From Seison nebaliae (lineage: Eukaryota), in NCBI GenBank assembly GCA_023231475.1, contig JALJEE010001112.1, forward strand, positions 1 through 64,000: a DNA stretch of 64,000 nucleotides, in the 5' to 3' direction. The translations under genes and the position numbers were made by a program. The notes below the pieces were generated by a model. It saw only the letters and a program-made list of their open reading frames with translations, searched no databases and was not told where the DNA came from. Shown piece after piece: positions 45,166-59,934 of the stretch; the stretch's first letter is position 1; the number at the start of each line of letters is the position of its first letter.

Positions 45166-45609
45166 CTATTTCTTTTGTAAATGGAATTTGAAGAAATCAT
45201 TCACTGACTCCTCAAATATTTTCGATATGATTTTACCCCGAAATTTCTGTTTATAATTCTTTGAATATTTCTCAATGAAAACATTCAAATAAAAATTTTG
45301 TAATAATTCCAAAAAGTTTCTTTGTGTCGTTTGGAGTGTGGTGAACAAGATGAATTTGTATTTGGTCAACGTCTCGAAATAATGAAGTCGATAAACTGAA
45401 GTAGCATACGTGAATTTCTCCATTGAATTCTCTTTCTCCGATTCATAGGGAATATGTAAACACATCGCCTTCATCGAAATAAGTAGTCCATCGATCAACT
45501 TCTCTTGTTCTTTTTCCGATAACTCTGATTTTCGAGGCTTGCTGAAGATCCGTCTATAAATACATTCCCCACGATAATTGTAAATATAAAAAGTGTATAA
45601 ACATTCCAT
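45166..45609 (-). CDS. TRAPPC1: TRAPP complex subunit 1 (Bet5), intronless
   Basis: LYTFYIYN..GECIY, EKLIDGLLISMK, YATSVYRLHYFETLT.YKFILFT (sybindin-like longin fold). Confidence 0.82.
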   Translation of the reverse strand: MECLYTFYIYNYRGECIYRRIFSKPRKSELSEKEQEKLIDGLLISMKAMCLHIPYESEKENSMEKFTYATSVYRLHYFETLTKYKFILFTTLQTTQRNFLELLQNFYLNVFIEKYSKNYKQKFRGKIISKIFEESVNDFFKFHLQKK

Positions 45610-45966
45610 TCCAATGATAATGCTAGTTTATGCATCTTCGATACTTTTACTTCCAAAAGTTTAGTTATCTTCCTATTGCTTCATTCAAATCAGACAACTT
45701 TTAGAAAATTAAGCTTATTATATAAATTTTCAGAACAAATTTTACTTTTGACATATGATAATTCCAAAGTCCAAATTTAAGAAAAACGCATATTTATTAG
45801 AAATTATTTCATTATATCTATGATCGTTTTTGTGTTGAAATTTGAAAATAATTTTGTAACTTGAAAAAAAAACAAACACATTTTATTTGTATATTATATT
45901 ATAATATTTCTTATTTATAATTATTATAAGAATAATAGATGAATATAAATTGATCGAAATTGTAAT

Positions 45967-47432
45967 TTATTTTTGAATTGCCCTCATTTTTTCTGACCAT
46001 AAATTGAACAGATATGAATTTGATGAATTTCTTTGTAAATCAAATATGCATGATTCGTTTAAACAATTCTTGTTCAATTTAGAACAGACATCTCCTTCTA
46101 GTCGTTCTGGACATACACATTGACAAGTAGTTGAATCGAACCAACCTCCATTCTGACATCGTTTCTTCGTTTTACATTCACAAATTCCATGAAAACGTTT
46201 AGTACATTCAATCTCATTCTGTCGTTCTGTTATTCCTTTTAAAGTCAAGGGAGAAGGTACGTCATTGTTATAAACACAGATGAGTAAAGTTCTTGATTGA
46301 CTACAAGTAACATAAGAACAACCGAATTCATTCGCTTTGTAATTGAGAATGTGAGAACAGAAATAAAAGTTTGAGGAGTTAGAACAATTCGTTGAGTTTT
46401 CTTCTAAGATATTCATCATCATGTTTATCATTTCTGAAATTTGAACATTAATCAAAATTATTTGTGATGATTTACCTAAAGGTCCATACTCTGAAAGACC
46501 AATTAAAATAGTTTAGTAAATTGAGAAAGAAACTTGGAAGTATCCAAAGATTATGTTGACTATTCTCCGAATTACAAGTCAATCCAAATTTCGCCGAGAT
46601 ATATTCCAATTCGTTATTCCATTTCTATTAATAAAATTAGGAAATTTTTAATTTTATCTTATTTTAATTGAACCATGGGAATTAAATAAAAAGATGATCG
46701 ATGTACTCGTATCTCATTATGAAGGATTAATAAATCGTTTCTCATTTCATCATTCAATCTTTTATATTTGCCATTAACTGAACGATCTACACAAATGTAA
46801 TGATCATATGGAGTTGAGCAATTGAATATCCGTTCATCTAAAGGAAGACAATTAAAAATATTGTTGAATTAATCTTGAAATTAAATCAATTTCTATTTTC
46901 AACAATAAAATAATTTACATTGAATTCAAAATTTTTTTATAATTTATAAGAATAATTGTTAGATTAATAACCATTTAATTCGTCTAAAATAAAAAGAAAA
47001 AGAATTATAAAAGAAATAAAAATTGAAAAATGAACTTAATGAGAGATAGTTTGTCGATTGATTGTAAGTATGATAACGTTCTCGCAAATACGATAATTTA
47101 CAATCATTTTCTTCTTTTTCAGTATCTTTCCGGAGTATTATGAAATTAGATGGCGATGTTGTAGTTTGAGTTGTTGTTATTTCACTTTTGACAATTCGAT
47201 TGGAAGTGACGATATTCATTGAAGTTAATGGAATGTAGATTGATGTGGTATTGGAATTATTCATTTGGACATCAAGTTCATATTGGACTGTATTTTTGTT
47301 ATGTGATTGATTGACGATTAAAATTATGATGAATGATAAGGAGATGATCATAAGAAACAAAGAAATAGTGAACATAAATCGATCGTAATAAATAGATTTT
47401 CTTTGAAAGTTTCCCAAAAATTTCGTTATCAT
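45967..47432 (-). CDS. Type II membrane CAP/SCP-domain plus EGF protein, 4-5 exons
   Basis: N-terminal TM, LLILHNEIR, PMKWNNELE, EFGCSYVTC..LICVYN, EGF-like CQNGGWFDSTTCQCVCPERLEGDVC. Confidence 0.72.
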
Positions 47433-47907
47433 ATTTAGAAAGATACCTCTCACTAATTGGAATTTGACGAATGAAGAAAATTCATAAAATCATGAATACT
47501 TTTTTTTTGATAATGATGGAAAGATATGTGGCATGACTAAAATGTATCAAATTCTTCCGCTTAGCCGTCACATGCTCAATCGTTGTCATATCAACGAACG
47601 AAAGTTTAATGGAAAATCAAATGAAATATTCTACAATCCTTTAGTTTTATGAATTTTTGATTAGTATTTTATTTTCCTCGTAACCTTAAAGGTAATTTAA
47701 TATATCACTTTATAGCCTAGAAATTCTAGGTAATGAAGTTATCGTTATATAATCTAATTTTAAACTGAAAATAAATAATAATATTATATAATAATTAAAT
47801 GATTTCTTATTCTTAAATTATTATATTTTAATAATAATTAAAATGTTCAAATATTTTATTAATAATAAATCAAAATGGATTGGAAAGTATTAGAAAAAAT
47901 TAAGTTT

Positions 47908-50622
47908 TCACAAGTCTTTCACAAAGAAAATATTTTGATCAAAATCGTAAGTAAACGGTTTCCTAAAGTAAGTTTCCTTGTTGAATTTTGATAATGCTTC
48001 TTTCGTAATTCTCAACGATTTGTTTCCCATTACGATTCGTCTCTTTTCAATTGTCTTCCGATCATAAAGTGTTCGAATAAGTTTCGTTTCCAAATCACTT
48101 GCTTTCATTCGAGCAGCAAGATCATTATAAAGAAAGAATGATTCGAAATATATATCACAAAGTGATGATAGTCGATGAATTTGATTAACGAGAACGGACA
48201 TTCTTCCATCAACATCCATATCTTCAAAATTTTCTTTCAAGAATTCAATTTTAGGATTGTTCAATTCTTTCTCCAAATCCTGTTCAAATTTGAATTTAAA
48301 TCAAATAATTAGATTATATTAAATCATAAAAAATGAACTTGGATATGTGGCGAATTATTATTTGTAAAAATTTTCGATTTCTTTCCCTCCAATCGATATT
48401 TGAGAAAACATTCGAATTTAAGTGAATACGAATTATTCATTCCATAATCGAATGGAATATAAAGAAGAAAATAAAATTTCATCTTAATAATTATAAAAGA
48501 TATTTGAAATTTTAAAAAAATAGAAAACTTCATTAGCATCTGGATATCTCAATTCGAAGAATAAGATGAAATTCTTTTCATGAATATTTTTATACGAGAT
48601 GATATCCATTGGCGATAAGAGATTAAGAACGACTTCCTCCGACGACATTCTTGAATTTTGAAGATGATAATTTCGAATGAGAACCATCCAAAAATCATCA
48701 TAAACATTATTCAATAATTTAATATTGGCAAATGAACAAGAAACATTATTTGTTTTTAACATTTTTTTCATTTGGAAATTTTTCGATTTATTCAAATTCT
48801 CTATTAGTTGAGTTACGGAGGAGGTGGATGTATTTTTCATATCAAAAATTATAGAGAAACAATTGAGCATTAATCGTCTACTGTACATTCGTAAATGAAT
48901 TCGATGAATCAAATCGCGAATTGATGTAAATTGTGGAATGATTTCTTCCAAATCTTTCACAAATCGACTAACTGATAATAATGTGGTCAATCCACAAGCG
49001 TCTTGTGCCCAAACAAATGGAACTCCATATTTCTCCATAATGAAATCAGCTACATTCTTCTCTGATTTGGAGATGAAAAGTGAATCATTAATTTCTAATT
49101 GAATCATGGTGAGGAGATTGGCGAAAACATCATCATTCTCCATTTCGTCATATCGTTCATATAAATTCAATAACAAATTTTTGTTATTAAATAAGTGATT
49201 AATAAAATTTTGATTTTGATTTTTATCTTTTGGGAAATATCGAGAGAAATCGAATTTCGTTTTTACTAAAACTATATTGAGTTGTGGTCGTAAAAGATAA
49301 GAGAATGTGAGTGACAATCCCTCATTCAATGAGAGAACTAATTGAATGGGATAAGTTTCGATTAAATTCGATAAATCTACACTCTCATCAACATCCATCT
49401 TCTCATCTTCGTCATCATCATTATCATTTTCATAACGATTATCTTTCCGTCTTTTCGGTTGGAATTTATTCGAAACTTCTCGACATGATGGAAAATTAAC
49501 GGAACTGAAATAATTTTCGATAAGATTCTTCGCAAAATTTGTTATGACGAGTTCCTTCGACGATTCGCTCACCATTCGATGGTCGAGAAGAAGTTCTTGA
49601 AAATTCTTCTCTAACGAAATGAATGTGTGGAAATTGATCGATTTCACTTCTGCCAATTTATTCTGATGCTCCAATTGATTAATTTGTAATAATTGCAATC
49701 TCTTATTATCATTATAGAAGTTTTGATATTGTGAGACGAATGTGTCATCACCTTCGATATGAAATCGAAGAATAGGAAATAAATTTTGATGATTATCCGT
49801 CGAATTCTGCAATTGACTATATAACGAACAAATCATATAAAGATTATAAAGTGGTGAGATTAATAATTTGATTTTTGAATTATCTTCTTCTACAAATTGT
49901 CTCATTGAATCATGAGAAATGAAATCGACATCATTGAAAAGATATTTATTCGATTTGAATGATAATAAATTATTCAATTCCTTCATCGAATCTTCCATCT
50001 TTTTCAAAGTTGATGGTAATTCTTCTAATTTATTCTGACGATTTTTCAATTCCTCTTCCAACATCAATTTCTTCTTTTCCATCAATTTCGTCTCATTCTC
50101 CATCTTTTTCCTTTGTTCCAATTCGTCGTCTAATCGTTTTAAATGCAATTCATGTTCGGAGAAATCATTTTCTTTTAAATTTTTTTCTTGAAGAAATTCG
50201 TTTTTAGAACGAAGATCTAACAAAGTATCCATCGATTCATATGAATCACAATTCTTCGTCGATCGATTCAATGTGAATAATTCATATTGTAAATTCTTCA
50301 CTTTCATATTCTATTGAAAAAATTTATAATTTTATCACATCCCTAAATGAAAGTAACTTCTTTCTCATATTTTTGTTTTTTCTCTTTCGTCTTCTCCCGT
50401 TGTTCGGCAAACTCCTTTCTCAAATCTCCATTATATTTCTTGAGTTCGAGAGCTGATAGAAACAGTTTCTCTTTCATCTCTTTCGTCTATTAATCACACA
50501 TGAGAATAAGACGAAGAAGGAAACCATACCAATGTCGTACTCTTTGATAATCGTATATTATTCAAAATTCCCAAAATTGTCCTCACCGAATCGTTTTCAG
50601 TTCCCTCGTTTAACATATCCAT
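47908..50622 (-). CDS. THOC5: THO complex subunit 5, 5 exons
   Basis: LKKYN..KNLQYE, HELHLKRLDDELEQRK, SPLYNLY and C-terminal RKPFTYD match THOC5 features. Confidence 0.8.
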
Positions 50623-51782
50623 TCCTCAAATTAGTTTCGAATAATTTCGTTCTCAGCTTAAAGTTCTAATAATAAATTTAATTTAACTAGACATAATTTG
50701 TAGATAATTAGCTTAACTTTAAATTTGAGAAGTTTGGGCTAGAAATAAACATACATTAAATTTGAAACTTATATCTCTGGTAGATCAATCATCATTTATT
50801 AACTCATTCAAATTGATCAGATCATAACAAACTTTACTCCAATTTCTCTCACATTATCTCCAAAAAAATTCATTTAAAGCTAATATTTAAAATAGGAATG
50901 TATCACATAATATCGTATTTGAAAGAAAAAGGGATACCATTGAATTACCAAGTTTATTTATAACTGACGTGTCTAGAGAAGTTGAACATTATAAATTCGG
51001 TTTTTATGATATTTTATTCAATTTATTCAATTGAAATAAGTTTAACGACAGAAATTCCATTGTTGTAACTGTCATCAATTATTCTCTTTCATTATACAGT
51101 GCTCTAAATCTTACTGTTAGGGATTTTACTGTACTATAGTTTCTTTACTTTCTTTAGCAAACGTTCTTACAACCATCTGTAAGTTCAAAAATTACTAAAT
51201 TTTATTAAACTATCGGAACATTTATAGTTCCACTAAATTATCAGCGATTTTTTTCATAATATGATCAAATATGATTAGTAATTTCACAGTACGTTGTTTT
51301 AACAATATATTTGACTTTAGATGGTTATATTAAACTTTGAAACGAATTCTATTTTTTTCATAGAATATTAAAATTTTGTTATATTTTCTTATATTATAAA
51401 ATGAAGAATGTGCTACAATGTATAAGCATTGACAGTAAATTACTGAAAAGGTTAATCTCTCAATTAGATAGTTCATTTCCATTTTCATATTAACCACAGA
51501 TATCCCATAAAACATAAAGAGAGTTCTACTGTAAAAAGCGAAAGCAAGAGACTACCCACATTACCCAACATCATAAGAAGACATTTTGGAAAGTTTTACT
51601 TTGATTAGCCTAAATAATTTTCAACTGGAGATTTGAATGTGTTAAGAAATAAGTCATTGAAAAAAATTTGTAAACTAGATGAACGTTGTGTCAAATCATG
51701 TTTTGGAGGGAAAAACGAAATTGTTTCGGAAGTATAAATTCCTTATTATTTTCTCATGAACCATTTAATATTTGATTGAAAG

Positions 51783-52763
51783 GGAATCCAATTGAACGAG
51801 GAATATTTTAACCAACCAAATGGTTTTCTCCAAAGTTTGGAGAGGGAAGAATTAGACACTGAAACGAACAATTCAATCGATTCGTTTCCTAAATTGTCAT
51901 TGGATTCAGGTTGTAAACTACATTGACTAACTGTATCTCACATTTGTCAGTTATTTTAGATGAAGATATTGAAATAAATTCAAAAAAAATTCAAACAGAA
52001 TCTCAAGATTCAAGTTCGCAATTTAAATTTAATGACATTATTTCGTTTATCGAAAATAAAGAAATTACGACTGCAACGAAACAAATTCAAACAGAATCTG
52101 AAATAAAAGATGTTCTTCACCATCCTCAAATTATTAACATTACATCTTATTAAATATTTCTCTAGTATCCTCTGAAAGAAACTAGATCAAACAAATCTTC
52201 GCAAACGAACAAATTGAAAGTTGATTATAAATTGCAACAAGAGTCTCTTACTTCATGTTCTGATGCTCTTCCAAAACAATTGGAAACTGCTTTGAATGAT
52301 TTCGTTAAATTCTTCAATTTTCTTATACTTAATTTAATTATTTTTAATGAATTTCCATTAGAGAAATGAATTAATTTTAATATTAAAAAATACAATTCCA
52401 TTATACGTTCCACATCAATCTCCTGAGGAAACGTCAATGGAGCATATGAAAGATAATTTAGTAAAAATTGTGCGTAGTCTCATAAACGAGCAAACAAAAA
52501 AAATGGAAATTAAATTTGAGAAATTACAATTAAGTGTAAACGAGTCGAATATGATATGTGTGGCGGCTAATAAGAAGAAGAAACAACATACTAGTCGAAA
52601 TGGAACGAAAAATACGGAAAAATCTTTGAATAGTGAAGAGATGAAACTTCTGTTGAACACTTCTTTAGAGAAATTTGGAGAATCACAGGAAGAAATTATC
52701 AAGAATATAATTGGTACAATACAAGCAAATAAAAATTCCGTTTCATCAAAGAAACAAAAATAA
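51783..52763 (+). CDS. Orphan multi-exon protein with xQT motifs and coiled coil; 5' end unresolved
   Basis: Three GTT..AG introns give a continuous frame from GIQLNEEY to SSKKQK*; start codon not identified. Confidence 0.5.
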
Positions 52764-52774
52764 TTTATTAATAA

Positions 52775-53227
52775 TTAATCCAGTTTCTTATTAGTAACGA
52801 ACGAATATAATTCTAATTCATCCTTAAAATTCTCTTCTAATATTTTCAATTTGTCTTCATAAAATGAATTCTCAATTTCCAATTGTGCAATCTTCATTAT
52901 TTTCTCTTTGTTTGATAATTGAAAATATTTTTTTTTAGCTTCGTTCAACTTTGCAATTTTCATTATTTCCGATTCCTTCTCAAGTAATTGTGCTATCATT
53001 TCGTACGTTTTATAAGCGATACCTTTAGTTACCGCAATAATTGGACCAATATATTTCTTCATCTCAACATCACAACTTTTCTCCAATCGTTCTTCAATCC
53101 ATTCTTTAATGTACATTTTAGTGAAATTCCAAATTTCGTCAGCTATACTCACTTTCTCTCGCGATACTATTCTGTTAGTTTCTGTCTCCTTCGTCATTTC
53201 TTTCATAGGACTCTTCGAAAAATTCAA
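52775..53227 (-). CDS. Hypothetical 150-aa helical/coiled-coil protein
   Basis: Intact K/E-rich ORF. Confidence 0.55.
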   Translation of the reverse strand: MNFSKSPMKEMTKETETNRIVSREKVSIADEIWNFTKMYIKEWIEERLEKSCDVEMKKYIGPIIAVTKGIAYKTYEMIAQLLEKESEIMKIAKLNEAKKKYFQLSNKEKIMKIAQLEIENSFYEDKLKILEENFKDELELYSFVTNKKLD

Positions 53228-53808
53228 TGAAATCGTAGTTTAAACAAATTGAAAGAAAAATTGATTGTTTCGATAAAAATTGAAAATCATCAGAAACTAA
53301 ATTAATTCAATTCTTTCTAATGGAAATGAATGTTTCCTTGTTACTTCTCACTAATCTACAACACCACCATAATTTAGGTACAGTTAAATAAAATTAAATT
53401 TAACATGGGCTTAATTTTAAATTATTTGGTAAGTAATTATGATTCTTTAATTAGTTAAATTTCGCTAAAAATTGCCCTTTTTAAATGGCTTACAAGTGTT
53501 ATTAGAGAGAGGATGTGAAAAAGAAGAAAAATTTGAAAAACCATTTTTATAAATAAAAATTGAATATCAAAAATATTTTTTAATAAAATCAGAAATCAAG
53601 ACTAAAATTGTTGACGGACTAAATTGTGAATAAAAAAGGAAGAATACTCTAAATAGTAAAATAATTTAATAATTGTTTGTGAGACTAAGAAAATAAGAAT
53701 GATCGAATAAGACGAGGAGAGATCAATATAATTCACTTTCCAATCTAATCGTCTTATTGATGAAGCGAAATGTTTTCAAATATTTCAATAATATCATTCC
53801 TCAACTTT

Positions 53809-56590
53809 CTATTCATCAACATTATCGATGGTGACTGATAATCGTCGATTTTCGTTTTTGAAAGGACAAGGCAATTTTTCTGGTTTTGGTTCGATGCCCC
53901 AAATATCTCGGGCATATTCAGCGATCGTTCGATCCGAAGAGAATTTTCCAGCTTTCGCGATATTGATCAATGACTTTTGTGTGAATTCCAATTTATTCTA
54001 GAAATCATTAGAAATTTATAGAAAATAAATTAATTTAATAATAATTCGTTTAAACCATAAATGTTTTTGATACTTCTTCTTGTTCGTTGATATATGATTC
54101 ATAATCCGCTAGAACCATATAATGGTCGCCATGATGAAGGAGATTGTCAAAGATACTCAAAAATTCATTTGGATCATTGGTTTTGGAGAAATATCCCGTT
54201 TTAATTTGATCGAGAGCTAATGCTAATTCCGAACCGGATTTATAATAATCCCATGGATTATATCTGAAATGAAGATAGATTTTCAGATAAAATTAAAAAA
54301 TAAATAAAAAAAAATTAAAAATTATTTCTAACCCTTCATGACGTCGACGTTCAACATCGGGAACAGTCATACCAAAAATGAAAATATTTTCACGACCAAC
54401 TTCCTCCGCCATCTCCACATTCGCTCCATCCAATGTTCCAATCGTTAATGCTCCATTTAACATGAATTTCATATTTCCTGTACCACTCGCTTCCGTTCCA
54501 GCCAACGAGATTTGTTCAGACAGATCAGCTGCCGGACAAACAATTTCAGCGAGAGAGACTCGATAATTTTCGAGGAAAATAACTTTCAATTTATCTCCAA
54601 TACTTTCGTCATTATTTATTCGATCGGCAACAGCGACGAAAAGTCGAATTATTTGTTTGGCCATGTGATAACCGGGCGCTGCTTTCCCTCCCATCATAAT
54701 GACACGAGGACAGAAATTATGTTCTTTATTTTGTTTCAATCGATTATAAAGAGTGATGATATAGAGACAGAATAAAAGTTGACGTTTATATTCGTGAATA
54801 CGTTTGACTTGTACGTCGAAAAGTGCATTGATATTCACATCGATATTTTGAGTTCTCTTAATATATTTCGCTAATCGATCTTTACATGCTTGCTTCGCAT
54901 CATAAATCTTTGAGAGGAAAGTTTTATTATTTAATTGATCTAATAATTTCTCTAAATCTTTCAAATTCGTTATCCAATCTTCACCGATTACTTCGGAAAT
55001 GACATCGGATAAAAATGGATTACTATTCAACAACCATCGTCGAGGTGTAATTCCATTTGTTTTATTCTGGAATTTATGTGGCCATAATTGATAGAAATCA
55101 TTAAAAACGGTTTCTTTCAATAATTGCGAATGAATTGCAGCAACACCATTAATGGTATGTGATCCAATGAGGGAAATATAACCCATGTTAATTCGTTTCA
55201 TTCCATCTTCTTCCACCGCTGACATTCGACGTATCATATCACTATCGGTTGGAAATTTCTCTCGAACTTCCTGAAGGAAAACATGATTCAATTGATACAT
55301 CAATTCGAGATGACGTGGTAGAATACGTTGTAACATATCTACAGGCCATCTTTCCAATGCTTCGGGAAGGAGTGTGTGATTTGTATAAGCACAAGTTCGT
55401 CGAACGATAGCTAATGCTTCTGACCATTCTAATCCATATTGATCAATGAGAACTCTCAATAATTCAGGTATAGCAAGTGAAGGATGTGTATCATTCAATT
55501 GAATAGCTACTTTATCTGGGAAGAGATCAAATGATTTTCTTGTTTCACTAATATCGCCACTTTTCGATTTTTTATATCGTCGAATAATATCAGCGATAGT
55601 GGCAGCGACGAGAAAATATTCTTGTTTTAATCTCAATTCTTTTCCTTCAATCACATTGTCATTTGGATAAAGAACTTTTGTGATATTTTCTGCTGTCGCT
55701 TTCTCTGAAACAGCTTGAATATATTCACCATCATTGAAGAAATTCAAATTGAAACTATTCGACGCTTTCGCCGACCATAATCTCATCGTATTACAAACAT
55801 TATTATTATATCCAAGAATTGGATAATCATATGGCATGGCATAAACTGTCATAGTATTTATCCATTGACGACGTCCATTATCATCTGTCGATACTTGTCC
55901 ATAAAAATGAACAGGAATACAATGATTCGGTCGTGGAATTTCCCACGGATTTCCTGAACGTAGCCAATCGTCTGGTTCTTCCGTTTGTCCTCCATGTTTG
56001 ATCTTTTGTGTGAATATACCATAATCATATCGTAAACCATAACCATAAGCTGGTAAAGCTAAAGTTGCCATAGAATCGAGGAAACAAGCTGCCAATCGAC
56101 CTAGACCACCATTTCCCAAACCAGCGTCTGGTTCCTCTTCCTCCAATTCTTCGATATCCAATCCTAATTGATAAATGGCTTCGTCCGCCTCATTTGTTAT
56201 ACCCAAATTGATCATAGTATTATTGAGGAATCTTCCCATATAATATTCGAGTGAGAGATAATATATTCGTTTAGGATCACGATCATACCATGTCTGTTGT
56301 GTACGAATCCATCGACTCACCACATTGTCTCGAATAGACAAAGCGAGTGCTTGATAGAAATCTTGATTAGTCGCCACATTTCTGTCTTTTACTACACTGA
56401 AATGTAAATGTCGATTGAAATTCTTCTTCAGTGCAACAATATTATCCGCAATATTCAAACCACGTACTGAAATTTGACGTCTTTTCTCAGCGTCCTGACT
56501 GTCGACGAAACTACCTCTCGCTGACGAAATGGACGGTGTTATTGGTCGCGCGTCAATTGGACGATTTGGATTCTCACTCTCATTCTCCAT
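53809..56590 (-). CDS. PYG: Glycogen phosphorylase, 3 exons
   Basis: [61 protein letters not shown]. Confidence 0.98.
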
Positions 56591-58522
56591 CTTTAATCAA
56601 ACTCTAAGAAAAAGACGATTGGAAATAAATATAAATAAATAAATATTCTCTTCAAAAATAGAATGAGACTCTATAAAAATTTTATGACCATGGAAAAGAT
56701 GAGGAATTATTTATATACGTCATTAATCGATCCATCTGCTCACTCGTCAATACTACGGTGATTGAAAAACAAGAGAATTATTTGATGAAAAGAAAAGAAA
56801 ATAATAGTTATTTTAGTTGTAGCAGCAGAAATGGAAGACAGATAAAATAAATTCTCGTCTCTCATTCTCACATCCATTTTAACGAAAAGTGGTAAATGGA
56901 TTTATTCCATTCTATCCTCTCGTCTCTTGTCCATTCACAAATTATTTCTACATTCGCTTGAATGAATTGTGAGCTTTCTACTTGAGGAATCGCTTTATTT
57001 CATTCGTCTTATACCATCTTCAACGAATCAACAGAAACAACAATAACAATAATTAACGGAATACATTACCGAAATGGCCACCGAATTCGTTCGAATATTC
57101 CTCATTCACACTCTCCTTCCCTATATCTGACTAACTAACATTTGTTCTCTTCTGTCAAGGACTCGTCCTCTCATCAATCACAAAATTTTATTCCAGTTTC
57201 ATATATTTCCATATTTTTTATTATATTATCTCTATACCCCAATTATAATTTCCTTAAGCACATTTCCTTCTGGTCAGTCAAAAGTAATAAAAGAAGAAAT
57301 TCCTAATACATTGGAAGTTGAGATAAGACCTACTCACAATATATGATCTTACCTACAAGTGTGCAAATTTTCAGCGAAAAAAAAATTGTAAAACCAAATA
57401 GTTCCCTTGTCAGATTTTTTTCATCAAATCATATTAATATTCATTTTAAATAATTTCTGTTATCATTCTAATAATTTTAAATTATTCACATATCTAATTG
57501 GATTTTATCGTGATGTTATTCTTTGTAATTTTAACCGTTTCAAAATTTATATCACGGGACATCATCTTTGATCGGTCAATTGATAGAAAATTTATTCCGA
57601 CATTTATTTTAGATTTCATTTTATGGACATTTGCGAGAACCGTAAAATTTTAAAACTTTTTTCGTATTGATCTCAATCGAAAATTTAAGAATGACTAATA
57701 AGTTCAAATAATAAGCGTCAGAGGGATTTTATCCGTGATAGGCCACCGAAAGACGAATTTTCACAATGAAAATTTGATAATGGATGACCTAAAAAATGTT
57801 GAAAACAAATTACGATTAGCGTTCCAAACAACTGTAATATTTCAAATTGATCGTGAAGTTGTCATAAAATTTTTTCAGGTGAACCAATAACTTTCACTTT
57901 GATTTTGGATTGCCTTTATATTTTCCTAGGAAATGAATTGGAAATTACTGTCATAAAATTTTATTATAATTTCGATGATAAATATAATTTACTATGTAGA
58001 ATTAGGAACAGTTTTCGGAAAACACTCCGCCAACTGGTACAAGCACATGGATTCGATATTGAGAGGAAAGTCTTAATGTTTAAGATATTTTTTTTGGATT
58101 CAAAACAAAATAAAAAATAAACATGCTATTAATTCCAAATTTAGGATAAATTTTCCAAACTTTTTCTTCCTCCGAGTTAATGAATATTAATAAAACTATA
58201 AAGAAACATATCAAAAATTTAAATAATTGATCAGTCACTGATGAAACGTTAGAGATTCAATTTTTCACTACTAAAAAATAATTTCATACCGGCGAACAGA
58301 AGTGGAGAAATAAGAGACATCATCAAGATTGTTCATTAAGGTGTATCATATTTCCAATTCATTCCTTATAAACATATCTATTAGGTAAAATGATCAACTA
58401 CATTAATTCGTTTCGTCTTCTTTTGCTTCTATTGATTTATCGATTTAGAAGTTATGACTTTGTCACAGTATGCACTCCTAATTCATTTTCTCTAAAAATT
58501 GTTGCTTATATTGAAATAAAAA

Positions 58523-59548
58523 ATGATGTACCTATTCTTTCTTTATCTTGTGGTAAATGTAGTTCTTCAATTAACGGATGGTCACAAACAAAAATCAAAT
58601 ATCATGCGCTTCGCAGAAAGTGTGAAAACGAAAAAAAATGGAATAACTAATATAAATTACGAGATTGACGTCGAGAAAACTGAAAAAGAAGATAAATTAA
58701 TAATTAAATCAATTGAAGGGAAGACGATAGAAGAAGAAATAATCGATGATCCATGTGAATCTGTTGTATCTAGTCCATTTGAGTTGGATTCAACTTGTAA
58801 ATCCAATTTTTTTTTAGCTCAAAAGAAGCAAATTATCTCGATTATGGTGGCAGGTAACAAAGAAGAATGGTTTGATAAATTTTCGCTAGCAGAAGAACTT
58901 ACGGATGAACCTCCTCCTAATTTATCAACAATCTCCGATACAACACCACATTACTTCCATGAATCTTTAAAGAGTTTGGTATACGATAAAGTGTCTATTA
59001 ATATATCATATCGATTTCATTCAAAATAATTTCCTTAAAGATTTTGTTTCAGATATATAACCAGAATCAAATAGTCATAGAAATTAAATTTAAAATTGAT
59101 GGATCACCACACCTGTTAACATGGTTTTCAAAAAAATATATCGAACATGTTAAAGTATTTGATACTGTTGGAGGAGAAATGAAAACAGCCATTAGCAACA
59201 GTAACTTAATCCCTAAGAGGTTAATAATATTCCTTATATCGTCTTTTTCCATATATATATATATATTTGAATATTGATAAATCACAGAAATTATCAATGT
59301 ATGAATAAATCAGGAATTAATGTTGCAATTATGACGTCGGAAATAACCCAAAATTCGTTGTTGGCTTTTACCGTATATACTAGTTGTATTACCGACGTAT
59401 TATGTAAAGACAAAGCACTTCCTCTGATAACTTATAGGTCAGAATCTACCGAGTATGGTTAGGTTATGATATTTATCTTTCAATATCTTTTCTAGAACAA
59501 AATTTGCGTTCAGCAAGTCATATAATCATAACGGGTCTTCAATTGTAG
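58523..59548 (+). CDS. Secreted orphan protein, 4 exons
   Basis: Signal-peptide-like N-terminus; three short GT-AG introns join the ORFs at 58523, 59044 and 59274 to a stop at 59546-59548. Confidence 0.55.
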
Positions 59549-59934
59549 ATTACTCATTAGATTTCAAAATAATTCAATAAGAATTCATAAATTATCATAC
59601 AAATCTAGAACATCATGAAGGAAACAAATTAGTGGGGAAGGTGCTAAAAATAATCAAATCTTAACTCTTTGTGATATTTCATTAAATAATAAATTTGTCA
59701 TTTTAATATATTATAATAATTATTATTTATTTACTATACTACTCCTACTACAATAAATCCCCAATTTTTGGTAAATTGTGGAAGAAGAAATAAATCAGAG
59801 AAATATTCTTTAGTGCGAATAAACCAACAACCAACTGAATGTATGAGAAAAGAAATATATTTTTTCGTAAATCCGACAACTTTGTGAGTCTAAAAATTGT
59901 GAGCAGATGACGATGCTCCTAATTAAAAACTGAT

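Noticed and set aside
57780..58120. Possible small two-exon gene
   Set aside because: Splice phases do not give a convincing continuous frame and no motif is recognisable
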